From the IMG/VR virus record IMGVR_UViG_3300018012_000099: a stretch of DNA of 64,000 bases, one strand, 5' to 3'. The DNA comes from a virus (lineage: Duplodnaviria > Caudoviricetes). Of the stretch, positions 8,915 to 19,358 are shown in pieces (position 1 is the stretch's first letter; each line of letters starts with the position of its first letter). Made by a program: the position numbers and the translations under genes. The notes beneath the pieces were generated by a model that saw only the letters and a program-made list of their open reading frames with translations, did not search any database and was not told where the DNA came from.

Positions 8915-9578
8915 TATTCCTAGCAAGAAGCTATCTGAAGCTATCACGGCTATTGAGAATAGTCAGGATACAGCCGATAACAAGTTTGTTAAGTTGACAG
9001 CAATTAATCGTTATGCGGAAAGCAACATTCCTATTGAATATTGGGGTCTCAAAATGGAGCGAGATTTCATAGGAGATCCTCGCCTTAAAATTAAATACGA
9101 AGAGTACATACAGGATCTAAAAGTTAGTTATAATAATGGTGTATCTATCCTCTTTGCTGGGGGACATGGTTTGGGTAAGACTATGACATCTACCTGTATT
9201 CTCAAGAAGGCTTGTCAAAAAGGATACACTTGTTTGTATACCAATTTGAGTGATATTGTGTCGGTACTAACCTCCGGTAGTGGAGAAGACAAATTCCTAG
9301 CTCGTCGCGAGTTAGTGTTGGTAGATTTCTTAGTGATCGATGAGTTTGACCCCCGCTTCATGCCTTCTGAGAACGCTGCCGATCTGTATGCTAGAAGTTT
9401 GGAAAGTGTCTTCAGAGCCCGTAGTCAAAACAAACTACCTACTTTGATGTGTACCAACAGTCCTAATGTTCTAGAGAGCTTCAAAGGTTCGTTGAGAGAT
9501 AGTATTGGCAGCCTGGTTAAAGGTTATTTGAAGATATTTGTAGTATCTCCTGGTGTTGATATGAGAGGACGGGAATAA
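8874..9578 (+). CDS. DnaC/IstB-like AAA+ ATPase (helicase loader)
   Basis: Walker A GGHGLGKT, Walker B LVIDEF, TLMCTN; lies directly before DnaB. Confidence 0.85.
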   Translation: MDTPDFSKSQALRNIPSKKLSEAITAIENSQDTADNKFVKLTAINRYAESNIPIEYWGLKMERDFIGDPRLKIKYEEYIQDLKVSYNNGVSILFAGGHGLGKTMTSTCILKKACQKGYTCLYTNLSDIVSVLTSGSGEDKFLARRELVLVDFLVIDEFDPRFMPSENAADLYARSLESVFRARSQNKLPTLMCTNSPNVLESFKGSLRDSIGSLVKGYLKIFVVSPGVDMRGRE

Positions 9579-10984
9579 TGAGTTACAACGAACTAGACCT
9601 AGCGGTTCTCAAAAGTATCATTACCAACAAGAAACACGGCTTAGATTTTGCCAATGAGCACGATCCTAAAATCTTTTCTAATGATGTATGGAACTTTGCC
9701 AATTTAGTAGTGGGATATATTCGTACTTACAAAGAGCTTCCCACACTGCGTGTCATTACGGAAAAATTGTCCAAGGGCAATAATGACAAACTAATTGAAA
9801 CCGTCAAGAATGTCTGGTCTCAGCTAGAAAAAACTCAAGTCAATGATAAAGAATACAAGCATGATTTAGAAAAGATCAAGAAAAGATTTGCTGAAAAGCA
9901 ATTGTTAGATACTAAAACCCTTATGTCCAAGCTGGAAGTGGGTAGTATTGATGTTAATAAAGTGGTCATCGAAATGCAGAAGACCGTCCAAAACATCAAA
10001 GCTCTGGATCAGGTCCGTACTTTCGAACGCAAAACACTTAAAGAAGCAGTACCTATCTTTCGCGAGGAATACAATGCTAAACTAGAGGATCCTAATTTTG
10101 ATTCTGGTATTAAATGTAACTACTCTTATCTAGATCACGTAACAGATGGATTACGTCCTGGAGAACTTTTGCTTATCGGTGGTGAATCGGGCGCTGGCAA
10201 ATCTATGTTGCTCATGAACATGGCAATTCAGATTTGGCTTAACAATAATAATATTGAAACCGTAGATAATTTTACTCCTGGACACAATGTGCTGTATTTT
10301 TCTTTAGAAATGCCCTTTAAGCCATGCCTTAATCGTGTCTTGGGCAGGTTGTCTAACAATCCCACTAAATTGATTCGCAGCGCTAAGCTCAATCCAATGG
10401 AAGCTGATAAATTAAAGAAATCCCTTCGTTTCATTAATAAATATCCTTACCAATTCGAAATCGTGGATATTCCTCGCGGCGCTACTATGGAAAGCCTAGA
10501 GCTGTTATATGAGGAAGCTAAGGTTTTGTACGATCCCAAGATTGTTGTCATCGATTATCTGGGTTTGATGGACTATGACAACGGAGAGATGGAAGACTGG
10601 CTTAAGTTGGGCAAGATCGCCGAGAAGATTCATGAGTTTGCCCGCGTGCATAACTGTACGGTGCTAAGCGCGGTACAGCTTAATCGTACTAAGGGCGCTA
10701 AGGAAGAGGATAAGATTGGTTTGCATCGCATCGGTCGTTCGGCTCTCATTATGCAGAATGCCAATATTGCTCTTCAGATTGAATCTCGTCCTAATGAAAA
10801 GAATCATCCTGATATGTTCTACCACATAATTAAGAATAGAGATGGCGAATTGGGGAAGGGAAGACTAATTAAGAATCTGGCATGCGGCACTTTGATTGAC
10901 GATAAAGTGGAAGAAGATCCGACTACTTTTGAAATGCGTGATCCGGATGATATTTCAGAAAGGATCGAACTGTTGGATGTATAA
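9578..10984 (+). CDS. dnaB: DnaB-like replicative helicase
   Basis: GGESGAGKS, FSLEM, VIDYLGL, SAVQLNR, IIKNRDG. Confidence 0.9.
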   Translation: MSYNELDLAVLKSIITNKKHGLDFANEHDPKIFSNDVWNFANLVVGYIRTYKELPTLRVITEKLSKGNNDKLIETVKNVWSQLEKTQVNDKEYKHDLEKIKKRFAEKQLLDTKTLMSKLEVGSIDVNKVVIEMQKTVQNIKALDQVRTFERKTLKEAVPIFREEYNAKLEDPNFDSGIKCNYSYLDHVTDGLRPGELLLIGGESGAGKSMLLMNMAIQIWLNNNNIETVDNFTPGHNVLYFSLEMPFKPCLNRVLGRLSNNPTKLIRSAKLNPMEADKLKKSLRFINKYPYQFEIVDIPRGATMESLELLYEEAKVLYDPKIVVIDYLGLMDYDNGEMEDWLKLGKIAEKIHEFARVHNCTVLSAVQLNRTKGAKEEDKIGLHRIGRSALIMQNANIALQIESRPNEKNHPDMFYHIIKNRDGELGKGRLIKNLACGTLIDDKVEEDPTTFEMRDPDDISERIELLDV

Positions 10985-11007
10985 TTTAGCATACAATAGA
11001 GGTCAAA

Positions 11008-11184
11008 ATGCAGGATAATGTTGTGGCAGAAGCTGTTAGAATTGAGTACGAAGAGCAAACAGGAAAATTGTATATTGTCTTCGAAGTTAAAGACGAAAAA
11101 TATAAGCAAGATATCAAAAAGAATTGGACCAAAGATATAGACTACCGCTTAGTGGATAGGTTTTTAGTTAAGGAAAATCAATGA
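11008..11184 (+). CDS. Small hypothetical protein (58 aa, MQDNVVAEAVRIEY...)
   Basis: Translated by hand (below the ORF-track cutoff); AGAGG SD. Confidence 0.6.
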   Translation: MQDNVVAEAVRIEYEEQTGKLYIVFEVKDEKYKQDIKKNWTKDIDYRLVDRFLVKENQ

Positions 11185-11310
11185 AAAGTGCTTATAATCT
11201 ATCAGCCAATGGAGGCTTACCCCAACTCAAAAAGAAGCTTCTCAAATCGCTCAAAAAGGGCAAAAGTTATAAATTGAGAAGCGCTTATCAACCCGGAAGG
11301 ATTCCATCCC

Positions 11311-11637
11311 ATGCCTACCTATGAATTCCAATGTCAAGAATGCAAACATGAATGGGAAGATTTCATGTCCATTAAGGCTCCTGATCCAGAAGAATGTCCA
11401 AGCTGCAAAGTTAAAGGAAAGACTCTTCGTTTGATCAGTGGTGGTTCTGGTAAGGGCACCGTAGAGTTATATGGTCGGGAACTGATCGACAAGCTGAAGG
11501 GTGATGCCAAGAAGATTCAACAAGATGCTTCTCAAAAGGAAAAGGTCTACGCTAATCTGTTAGGTGAAAGTAATTATCAAGCCCTACAAACCAGAATAGA
11601 TAGTCAGAAAAAAGAAGGAAAAGTCAGACGTCGATGA
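11311..11637 (+). CDS. FmdB-family zinc-ribbon protein
   Basis: MPTYEFQCQECKHEWE...CPSC. Confidence 0.8.
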   Translation: MPTYEFQCQECKHEWEDFMSIKAPDPEECPSCKVKGKTLRLISGGSGKGTVELYGRELIDKLKGDAKKIQQDASQKEKVYANLLGESNYQALQTRIDSQKKEGKVRRR

Positions 11638-11864
11638 AACATGAGTTTCTTACTGCTAATTTGAACATTAGACTAACTGTTGCATATCAAACCGTTAAAG
11701 ATTTGACAGTGGAACTAGATGGTATTGAGGCAGATACGAAAACCCCAGCAATAGAAAGACTTTCTCAAATAAAAAAGATTAGGGCAAAATTAGATAAAGT
11801 TGGGGCAGAAATTGACAATATAAAGAAGAGCATTAAGTTGTTAGTTGAGCATTCGATTAATTGA
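11634..11864 (+). CDS. Small coiled-coil hypothetical protein
   Basis: Heptad pattern; ATGA coupling. Confidence 0.55.
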   Translation: MKHEFLTANLNIRLTVAYQTVKDLTVELDGIEADTKTPAIERLSQIKKIRAKLDKVGAEIDNIKKSIKLLVEHSIN

Positions 11865-11871
11865 GGCAGTT

Positions 11872-12693
11872 GTGAAGAAAATATGTCGAAAATGTGGAGA
11901 TGAAAAAGATGTGGATAAATTCTATTTCATTACTAAATCACAAAAATATCGAAATACCTGCCTCGTCTGTGAAAAAGAGTATCAGCGAAAATACTATGTA
12001 GAAAATATAGATGAACTATCCGTCAAGAAAAGAACATACAATCACGAAAATTCACAATTCCTATCTGTCAAGCAAAAGGAATATTACGATAAAAATAAGG
12101 TAGAGATAGCAGAGTATCAAAAAGAATACTATTTGGAAAACAAGCAAGATATAGTTGAAAGACAGAAAGAATATCATAGGGAAAATAAAGATACTCGTAA
12201 TACTTATGCCAAATTACATTATCAGGAAAATCGAGAAACTATTCTGGAAACTCAAAAACAGTATCAGCAGGAAAATCGAAAAGCCAAAACAGATTATCAT
12301 AACGAATATGACAGAAAAAGACGAAAAACGGACCCCGCTTATAGACTAAGAAAAAATGTTTCTATAGCAGTCTATGTTGGACTGAAAACTGAAGGTTTTT
12401 CTAAAAAGGGTGAGTCAATACTTAAGTACCTCCCTTATTCAATAGATGAATTAAAGAAGCATTTAGAAAAACAATTTGAGTCCTGGATGAATTGGGATAA
12501 TCAGGGTATTCATAACGCCAAAATTTATGATGAAGCAAACCCTAAAACTTGGACGTGGAATATAGATCATATAATTCCACAGTCAAAATTACCTTATACA
12601 TCGATGGAAGATGATAATTTTAAGAAGTGCTGGGCTCTGGAGAATCTTCGACCAATCTTATCCAAGACTAATCTAGAAAAGGGTAATAAATAA
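11872..12693 (+). CDS. HNH-type homing endonuclease (CWALxNLRP group)
   Basis: GTG start after GAGG; CRKC Zn finger, YYxENK repeats, WNIDHIIPQS..CWALENLRP. Confidence 0.8.
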   Translation: MKKICRKCGDEKDVDKFYFITKSQKYRNTCLVCEKEYQRKYYVENIDELSVKKRTYNHENSQFLSVKQKEYYDKNKVEIAEYQKEYYLENKQDIVERQKEYHRENKDTRNTYAKLHYQENRETILETQKQYQQENRKAKTDYHNEYDRKRRKTDPAYRLRKNVSIAVYVGLKTEGFSKKGESILKYLPYSIDELKKHLEKQFESWMNWDNQGIHNAKIYDEANPKTWTWNIDHIIPQSKLPYTSMEDDNFKKCWALENLRPILSKTNLEKGNK

Positions 12694-12908
12694 TGCCAAC
12701 CTATCTTTATGAATGCCCGATTCACGGAGAATTTGAATATCAACATTCGATTAACGAAGAGCTAGAATACTGCCCACATTGTGAAGAAAAGGGAGAGTTA
12801 GACACTGGAGAGCGACATACCTTTCAAAAGGTCAAGAGACTTATTGCTGGTGGCACAAATTTTATTTTGACCGGTTCCGGCTGGGCCAAGGATAGTTATT
12901 CAAAATGA
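12693..12908 (+). CDS. FmdB-family zinc-ribbon protein
   Basis: MPTYLYECPIHG..CPHC..FILTGSGWAKDSY. Confidence 0.8.
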   Translation: MPTYLYECPIHGEFEYQHSINEELEYCPHCEEKGELDTGERHTFQKVKRLIAGGTNFILTGSGWAKDSYSK

Positions 12909-13615
12909 AAATTTGTAGGATATGTGGTGAAGGGAAATCAGAAATTGATTTCCCTTTCAGAGATAAAAAGAAGGGAATTCGTCGTACCGAGTGTAGCACT
13001 TGTATATCATTGTATAATAAACAATACAGAAAAGAAAATGAAAATTACATAACGCAACGAAGAAAAAAATTTTATGAGGATAACAAAGACCGATTATTAG
13101 ATGAAGCAAAAAGGTATCAACAAAATAACAAAAAAAGTATTTCACAGTCTAAAAAAGACTATTATTCCGCCAATAAAGAAAAATCAAGGATTTATCAACA
13201 ACAAAATCGTAAGCGTTTGAATGATTATATGGTGATACGACGAAAAAATGATCCACTCGTCAGGCTACGAGAAAATGTTTCAGCTTCAGTGTATAGATTA
13301 ATTAAGAGTGTTGGATATTCTAAATCTGAAAAATCAGTAATTAATTTTCTTCCTTATTCGTTTCAAGAATTAAAAGAACATATAGAAAAACAATTCGAAC
13401 CCTGGATGACCTGGGAGAATTATGGTAGATACGATATAAACATTTGGGATGATAACGATCCAACCACCTGGACTTGGCAGATTGATCATATCATCCCTCA
13501 AACTCAATTACCCTATGTTTCTATGAAGGATGATAATTTTCAGAAATGTTGGGCACTCCCTAATCTTCGTCCATATTCTGCTAAAATGAATATTAAGGAT
13601 GGAAATAGACGATAA
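12905..13615 (+). CDS. HNH-type homing endonuclease (CWALxNLRP group)
   Basis: CRIC..CSTC, WQIDHIIPQ..CWALPNLRP. Confidence 0.8.
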   Translation: MKICRICGEGKSEIDFPFRDKKKGIRRTECSTCISLYNKQYRKENENYITQRRKKFYEDNKDRLLDEAKRYQQNNKKSISQSKKDYYSANKEKSRIYQQQNRKRLNDYMVIRRKNDPLVRLRENVSASVYRLIKSVGYSKSEKSVINFLPYSFQELKEHIEKQFEPWMTWENYGRYDINIWDDNDPTTWTWQIDHIIPQTQLPYVSMKDDNFQKCWALPNLRPYSAKMNIKDGNRR

Positions 13616-13616
13616 T

Positions 13617-13778
13617 ATGACCAAAAAGAGCGATAAACAAGGTATTGACAAGTATAAATTAGAGCAGATTGTACAGCTGCTTAAATTCGCTCTTTCTTTG
13701 GAAGATCATGAGATTATCAAATCGACAGTTGAATCGGTCGTCGAAATTTTGGATGAGGAAATCAGTAAGTATCAATAA
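13617..13778 (+). CDS. Small hypothetical protein (53 aa, MTKKSDKQGIDKYKLEQ...)
   Basis: Translated by hand; fills the gap before the sigma gene. Confidence 0.5.
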   Translation: MTKKSDKQGIDKYKLEQIVQLLKFALSLEDHEIIKSTVESVVEILDEEISKYQ

Positions 13779-13833
13779 TGGAGTATTAAATTACTTTCGA
13801 CTGAGCTGGATAGTTTTAAGTGAGAAGAGAAAT

Positions 13834-14463
13834 ATGCTAACCGAACAAGAAGCAAACGAATTGATGAATAAATGGATCGATCTTAGAGATCGACTCAAGA
13901 CATCTGAGGATCCAAAACTCACCAGAGAATTCGACAAACATAACAGATTGTGCGTAGAAAAATTTCGCTATTTGGTGACCATGAAAACTGGTCGTTATAA
14001 GGCTTTCAGCAATTACGAAGATTTAAACCAAGAAGGACATGAAGCCCTCATTAAGGCTATGAAGACCTTCAAACCTAACAAAGGCTCTTTCTTTGCGTGG
14101 GCACATAACTATATTGGTACTCGTATTTCGCGCAGTGCTAATTTGCATACCACCATTAGATTTCCTTTGAAGGTAGCAAAAGCAAATACCCCTCACAAAG
14201 AGTCGGTAATGCCTTTGCTGATCGAGGAGCGTTATTGTCCTGATAAAGAGCTTGAGGAATCTCAAGTGAATCATGCGGTGCAGGATGCCCTCTCTATTCT
14301 CTCTAATGAACAGAAAGAGATAATCAGTTTGGCGTACGGTTTCGATGGTGATAAACCGATGTCAATTAATAAGATATGCAAGAAGTTAGGCATATCCCGA
14401 TTGAGCTGTATCAAAACGATCGACAGCGCTCTTTCTATGATGAAAGAGAACATTAAAATATAA
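13834..14463 (+). CDS. Sigma70-family RNA polymerase sigma factor
   Basis: Region 2 EDLNQEGHEALIKAMKTFKPNKGSFFAWA; region 4 LSNEQKEIISLAYG..SINKICKKLGISR. Start MLTEQ chosen. Confidence 0.88.
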   Translation: MLTEQEANELMNKWIDLRDRLKTSEDPKLTREFDKHNRLCVEKFRYLVTMKTGRYKAFSNYEDLNQEGHEALIKAMKTFKPNKGSFFAWAHNYIGTRISRSANLHTTIRFPLKVAKANTPHKESVMPLLIEERYCPDKELEESQVNHAVQDALSILSNEQKEIISLAYGFDGDKPMSINKICKKLGISRLSCIKTIDSALSMMKENIKI

Positions 14464-14517
14464 GTGTCTGATCAAAAATAATGATTGGATTTTAACTTAA
14501 TTCTCTTAAGGTGGATT

Positions 14518-17022
14518 ATGACAGGATATCTTTATGCTCAGGTTTATGAAGCGTCAATTGAATACTTTGGTGGTGATGAGTTCGCAGCGAAAGTATTTGT
14601 TGATAAATATGCTTTACAGACACCACAGGGTGAATATCTAGAGCTGACGCCAGCTGACATGCATCGTCGTTTGGCAAAAGAGTTTGCGCGTATTGAAAAT
14701 AAATACCCAAACCCAGTCTCTGAAGAAGTCATTTTTTCTCTGTTAGATCATTTTCGATTCGTCGTTCCACAAGGCAGCCCTATGTCTGCCATCGGAAACC
14801 CTTATCAACTACAGAGCCTCTCTAATTGTTTCGTCGTCCAAGGCGTCAATTCTAGTAAACTTGATTCCTATGGCGGTATCATGTTGGCTGATCAAGAGAT
14901 CGCCCAAATCATGAAGCGACGTGGAGGCGTAGGTCTCGATATCTCTGGTATCCGTCCTAAAGATGTAATCACTAACAATGCCGCCAAAACCACTGACGGC
15001 ATTGGCGTTTTTATGGAACGCTTTTCTAATACCTGTCGTGAGGTGGCACAGAATGGGAGGCGCGGCGCGTTGATGATCACTATTTCCATTAATCATCCCG
15101 AAATTGAAACCTTCATCAAGATTAAGCGCGATACCAAGAAAGTAACGGGCGCTAACATTTCCATTCGTTTCAATGATGAGTTTATGCGGGCAGTGAAGGG
15201 TAATGAAGAGTACACTCTTCGTTGGCCAGTAGAAGCCCCTTTAGAAGAAGCTAGGGTAACCAAGAAAGTTAGCGCTAGGGAGATTTGGGATCAGGTGATT
15301 GATTCTGCTTGGGCTTCTGCCGAGCCAGGTTTGCTCTTTTGGGATACTGTCAAACGCAACACACCATCCGATCTGTATGCTGCTTTTGGTCATAATTCTA
15401 TCTGTACTAATCCCTGTGGGGAAATTGTATTACCCGCCTATGATGCCTGCCGTCTTTTGGTCTTGAACCTATCTTCTTACGTCAAGAATTCCTTTACCAA
15501 GGAAGCCGCCTTCGATTTTAAGAAATTCAACCAGCACACCCAGGTGGCGCAGCGCCTGATGGATGATATTATTGATTTAGAAATTGAATGTGTGGACAGA
15601 ATTATCGCCAAGGTCAAGGCGGACCCCGAGCCTCCGGAAGCTAAACAGACCGAACAAAACCTATGGAAAAAGATCCGAGAAATGAACATCAGCGGTCGTC
15701 GTACAGGACTGGGTATTACAGCTTTAGGCGACACTTTAGCTATGTTAGGTATCAAGTATGGTTCTAAGGAATCCATCGAAGTAACTCGTAAGATTTATCG
15801 TGCTCTAGCTGTTGCTGCCCACACCTCTTCGTGCATTATGGCAAAGGAAAGAGGAGCCTTCCCTATTTTTGATTATCAGTTGGAAAAGGATCACGAGTAC
15901 CTTGGTAGCATTTTTCAGGACTGCTCACCAGCCGTACGGAAGATGTGGAAGACATCAGGTCGTCGTAACATTGCTTTAACCACTACCGCTCCAACCGGAT
16001 CGGTGTCTTCACAAACTCAAACTACATCCGGTATTGAACCAGTTTATTCTTTGTCTTACATGCGCCGCAAGAAGCATAACCCTTCTGATAAAAATGCACG
16101 TGTAGATTTTGTAGACGCCATGGGTGATTCCTGGCAAGAGTTTACTGTCTACCATCATGGTGTACAGAAGTGGATGGACGCTACCGGGGAGACGGATATT
16201 ACTAAGTCCCCGTACCATGGTGCTACCTCTAACGACATCGACTGGGTAGCTTCAGTAGATCTACAAGCTGCGGCTCAAGAATCTATTGACCATAGCATTA
16301 GCAAGACTTGTAATCTTCCAGAAAATATCAGTAGAGATATTGTCTCTCAAGTTTACATGCGTGCTTGGGAAAAGGGTTGCAAGGGCTTTACTGTCTATCG
16401 TGATAAGTGCCGTGATGGTGTGCTCATTCAGAAGGATACGTCCAAGCCCAAGGCGGACGGTCGTCCAGGAGAGATTGAAGCTTCCATGGCACCCAAGCGT
16501 CCTATTGAATTACCTTGCGATATTAGGAAGGCAAAAATTCAAGGCGAACAATGGACTATCTTTGTGGGTTTGTTTAACGGTAAACCGTATGAAATCTTTG
16601 GTGGACTATCTAAATATGTAGATATTCCTAATAAATATAAGATGGGCAAAATTGTCAAGAACGGTAAGGTGGACGATATTACTACATACAACTTAGTTCT
16701 TGGTGAAGGTGATGATCAAATGATAATCAAAGACATTGCTAATGTTTTTGAGAATGGTAATTTTGGTGCGTTCACTAGAACTATCTCGCTGGCTATGAGA
16801 CACGGTACTCCGGTTCAATATGTAGTAGAACAACTACAGAAGGACAAACACTCTGATATTACTTCTTTTTCTAAGGTGGTAGCACGTGTGTTAAAAAACT
16901 ATATTGTGGATGGTACTAAATCTACAGCGGAAAGAAAGTGTCCATCTTGTAATAAAGAGAATTCCTTTGCTTATCAAGAAAAGTGTTTAACGTGTACTAA
17001 TTGTGGATGGAGTAAATGCTAA
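14518..17022 (+). CDS. nrdJ: Class II (B12-dependent) ribonucleotide reductase
   Basis: SLSNCFV, RRGGVG, TNPCGEI, CRL, APTGS; C-terminal TSCPD-like domain and Zn ribbon; no beta subunit adjacent. Confidence 0.85.
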   Translation: MTGYLYAQVYEASIEYFGGDEFAAKVFVDKYALQTPQGEYLELTPADMHRRLAKEFARIENKYPNPVSEEVIFSLLDHFRFVVPQGSPMSAIGNPYQLQSLSNCFVVQGVNSSKLDSYGGIMLADQEIAQIMKRRGGVGLDISGIRPKDVITNNAAKTTDGIGVFMERFSNTCREVAQNGRRGALMITISINHPEIETFIKIKRDTKKVTGANISIRFNDEFMRAVKGNEEYTLRWPVEAPLEEARVTKKVSAREIWDQVIDSAWASAEPGLLFWDTVKRNTPSDLYAAFGHNSICTNPCGEIVLPAYDACRLLVLNLSSYVKNSFTKEAAFDFKKFNQHTQVAQRLMDDIIDLEIECVDRIIAKVKADPEPPEAKQTEQNLWKKIREMNISGRRTGLGITALGDTLAMLGIKYGSKESIEVTRKIYRALAVAAHTSSCIMAKERGAFPIFDYQLEKDHEYLGSIFQDCSPAVRKMWKTSGRRNIALTTTAPTGSVSSQTQTTSGIEPVYSLSYMRRKKHNPSDKNARVDFVDAMGDSWQEFTVYHHGVQKWMDATGETDITKSPYHGATSNDIDWVASVDLQAAAQESIDHSISKTCNLPENISRDIVSQVYMRAWEKGCKGFTVYRDKCRDGVLIQKDTSKPKADGRPGEIEASMAPKRPIELPCDIRKAKIQGEQWTIFVGLFNGKPYEIFGGLSKYVDIPNKYKMGKIVKNGKVDDITTYNLVLGEGDDQMIIKDIANVFENGNFGAFTRTISLAMRHGTPVQYVVEQLQKDKHSDITSFSKVVARVLKNYIVDGTKSTAERKCPSCNKENSFAYQEKCLTCTNCGWSKC

Positions 17023-17026
17023 GTAT

Positions 17027-17042
17027 CAATAGACTAGCATTT
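17027..17042 (+). promoter_or_regulatory. Putative late-promoter motif YAATA-N5-GYAT
   Basis: CAATA-gacta-GCATTT; recurs upstream of several genes. Confidence 0.4.
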
Positions 17043-17050
17043 GTTATGAG

Positions 17051-17452
17051 ATGAAAGGCACAATACTTCTCAATCATTCTGATAATACCCACCTGGTGGA
17101 AGACGAGGAGAAAGCTCGATTCCTTCGTGGCTTGCTGGAACAAATGTTCGAGGAAGTTCCTGAAGTCATGACCAAAATTGCAGAAATTTGGTCAGAAGAC
17201 GGCACCCTATCACCAGAGCAAAAAATAAAAATGAGACAATTTATGAACATCTATGGCATCCAAGTCATCGATGATCTGGATGGTCACATGAAAATATACT
17301 TGGATGGTCAAGTAGTGGGTGAATGGTTTAAGTGCAAATATAAACTGAAGCGAGATTTATCACAAATCGATCGTAGAAGACAGTTCTATTTGGAGATGGA
17401 AGTAAATTGTTGGAGCGTATTCGAATCCACTGAAGAGACACAAGAGACATAA
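17051..17452 (+). CDS. Hypothetical protein
   Basis: 133-aa ORF, TAATG-coupled to phoH. Confidence 0.6.
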   Translation: MKGTILLNHSDNTHLVEDEEKARFLRGLLEQMFEEVPEVMTKIAEIWSEDGTLSPEQKIKMRQFMNIYGIQVIDDLDGHMKIYLDGQVVGEWFKCKYKLKRDLSQIDRRRQFYLEMEVNCWSVFESTEETQET

Positions 17453-18756
17453 TGAACACAAAATACATTTTGGATACATCGACTTTGGTTTATGATCCAT
17501 GTGCTTACAAGCAGTTCCCGGATAGTACTGTAATTTTACCCATCACTGTTCTGAATGAATTAGATAAGTTAAAGAAAGGTTCATCAGAAGCTGCTCGTAA
17601 TGCTAGGGTAGCGATTAGATTGCTCGATGAAATTTGTGAGCGCGGCGATATTAGTACAGGTATCCTACTTGAAGATAACGTCATGTTGAAAGTAGATGTT
17701 AATTATATTGATCTTGGTGATATTGACTTTCGCACCTTCGGTGATCCCACTTACGGTGACACGCAAATTCTAGCCTGTGCTTATTCCAATTGGTTAAATG
17801 ACCATGAAACAGTGTTGGTCAGCAATGATATTAACCTACGTGTCAAAGCTAAATCTCGCGGTATGGATGCCGAAGCTCACGAGGGCACCAGATTCTCGTT
17901 GACTGATTTGTACTCTGGTAGTCAAGTGATTCGCGATGAAGAGGCTGGTTTAGATTTGCAACAGCAAGGATTTATTGATCCTCGTTGCTATGGTCTTAAG
18001 CTTAACCCACACGAATGTGTTTTGTTTGAATCTGACAATGGTGACGGTATCGCCATAGGTCGTCAGGTGGCTCCTGATAAACTCAAAATAATCAAGAAAC
18101 ATTATCCGTGGAATATTGCTGCGCGTAACAAGGAACAATCTTTTGCTATCGATCTAATTATGGATCCTGCTGTAAACTTGGTGACCCTCATCGGTCGCGC
18201 CGGTACTGGTAAAAGCTTAATCGTTTTAGCCACGGCTCTTGAATTAGTCCTTAATAAGAGAGAATATGACAAATTCATTATCTATCGTCCAGTTCAACCT
18301 GTTGGGAACGATATCGGTTTCTTGCCCGGTACTATGGAAGAGAAGTTGGCTCCTTGGTTCCAGGCTATTATGGACAATTTCGAAATGCTTTTCCACTCAA
18401 AAAACGGTGGTGACTGGAGAAGAGAATTAGAAATGTATCAGAAGAAGGGTAGAATTGAAATGGAGGCTATTACCTACATTCGTGGTCGTAGCATTCCTAA
18501 TGCTATTATTCTAATTGATGAGTGTCAAAACCTCAGTAAAGAAGATGTAAAAACTATCCTCACTCGTGCGGGTGAGAATACAAAAATCATCTTAACTGGT
18601 GATATAGAGCAAATTGACAATTCGGTGTTGGATGCTACCAGCAACGGACTGACCCATGTTATTGAGAAATTTAAAGACTCGGATATGGCTGGGCATATTA
18701 CCTTTATCCAGGGTGAGCGTAGCAAGCTTGCCTCCCGAGCTGCCGAGATTTTGTAA
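17452..18756 (+). CDS. phoH: PIN-PhoH protein (PhoH2/YlaK-like)
   Basis: PIN YILDTS..ELDKLK..DTQIL..SND; PhoH GRAGTGKS, RGRS, IDECQN, GDIEQID. Confidence 0.92.
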   Translation: MNTKYILDTSTLVYDPCAYKQFPDSTVILPITVLNELDKLKKGSSEAARNARVAIRLLDEICERGDISTGILLEDNVMLKVDVNYIDLGDIDFRTFGDPTYGDTQILACAYSNWLNDHETVLVSNDINLRVKAKSRGMDAEAHEGTRFSLTDLYSGSQVIRDEEAGLDLQQQGFIDPRCYGLKLNPHECVLFESDNGDGIAIGRQVAPDKLKIIKKHYPWNIAARNKEQSFAIDLIMDPAVNLVTLIGRAGTGKSLIVLATALELVLNKREYDKFIIYRPVQPVGNDIGFLPGTMEEKLAPWFQAIMDNFEMLFHSKNGGDWRRELEMYQKKGRIEMEAITYIRGRSIPNAIILIDECQNLSKEDVKTILTRAGENTKIILTGDIEQIDNSVLDATSNGLTHVIEKFKDSDMAGHITFIQGERSKLASRAAEIL

Positions 18757-18765
18757 GGAGTCCTG

Positions 18766-19089
18766 ATGAGTAAAGAAAAGAAAGTTGTTCAAGCTGAAGC
18801 TACCCCTAGTGCTCCAGCACAAACCCCCGTTCCTCCGGCACCAGCTCTTGGTTCGGAAAGACTTTCCGAAGTGGATAAGTTGAGTTTGGATTTGGCTCGA
18901 ACCAAGCGTCAAACCGCTTTAGCTGAAGCTAAAACCGCTCTAGCCAATAACGAAAATGCGGAACTAACTTATAAGTATTTGATACTACAATTATATATGA
19001 AGTATGGATTAACAGCGCAAGACGCAATTTCAGAAGCCGGTGATATCATTCGTGGGGGCGCTATTCCACAACCTCCTCACAAGGAATGA
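18766..19089 (+). CDS. Coiled-coil hypothetical protein
   Basis: AAGGAG SD; Pro/Ala-rich N-terminus followed by heptads. Confidence 0.6.
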   Translation: MSKEKKVVQAEATPSAPAQTPVPPAPALGSERLSEVDKLSLDLARTKRQTALAEAKTALANNENAELTYKYLILQLYMKYGLTAQDAISEAGDIIRGGAIPQPPHKE

Positions 19090-19337
19090 TGATGGATTTG
19101 CAAGAACTATTAGATTTGATTGCTATTCGCAGCTATGTGGTCAATGCGGTCGCTAACCCTATTTTTGATAGAACAATTGTCAGAGACTTAGACGGTATTC
19201 TGATCCTTTTGGATAAGAAAATTGCCAGCATTCTAACTGGCAAGGACTTTAAAGAGTATATCGGTTACGCTAACGTCAGAAAAGCGATTGAAGACGTTGT
19301 TCGTGTCACCAACATCAAATCTGGTATTAAAAAATAA
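19086..19337 (+). CDS. Hypothetical protein
   Basis: 83-aa ORF, ATGA coupling. Confidence 0.55.
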   Translation: MMMDLQELLDLIAIRSYVVNAVANPIFDRTIVRDLDGILILLDKKIASILTGKDFKEYIGYANVRKAIEDVVRVTNIKSGIKK

Positions 19338-19358
19338 TTTCTCGTAAAGGTAAGTTGC

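Noticed and set aside
11181-11324. 47-aa basic ORF MKSAYNLSANGG..
   Set aside because: ATGA-coupled but overlaps the FmdB start and has no motif; not enough support.
13669-13833. Extended N-termini given by the ORF track (13669, 14485, 59635, 60314, 20495, 11845)
   Set aside because: They overlap other genes or lack an SD; downstream starts match paralogs or family N-termini.
9578-17022. Inteins or group I introns in dnaB, sigma or nrdJ
   Set aside because: Lengths and motif spacing look normal, and the endonucleases lie between genes.
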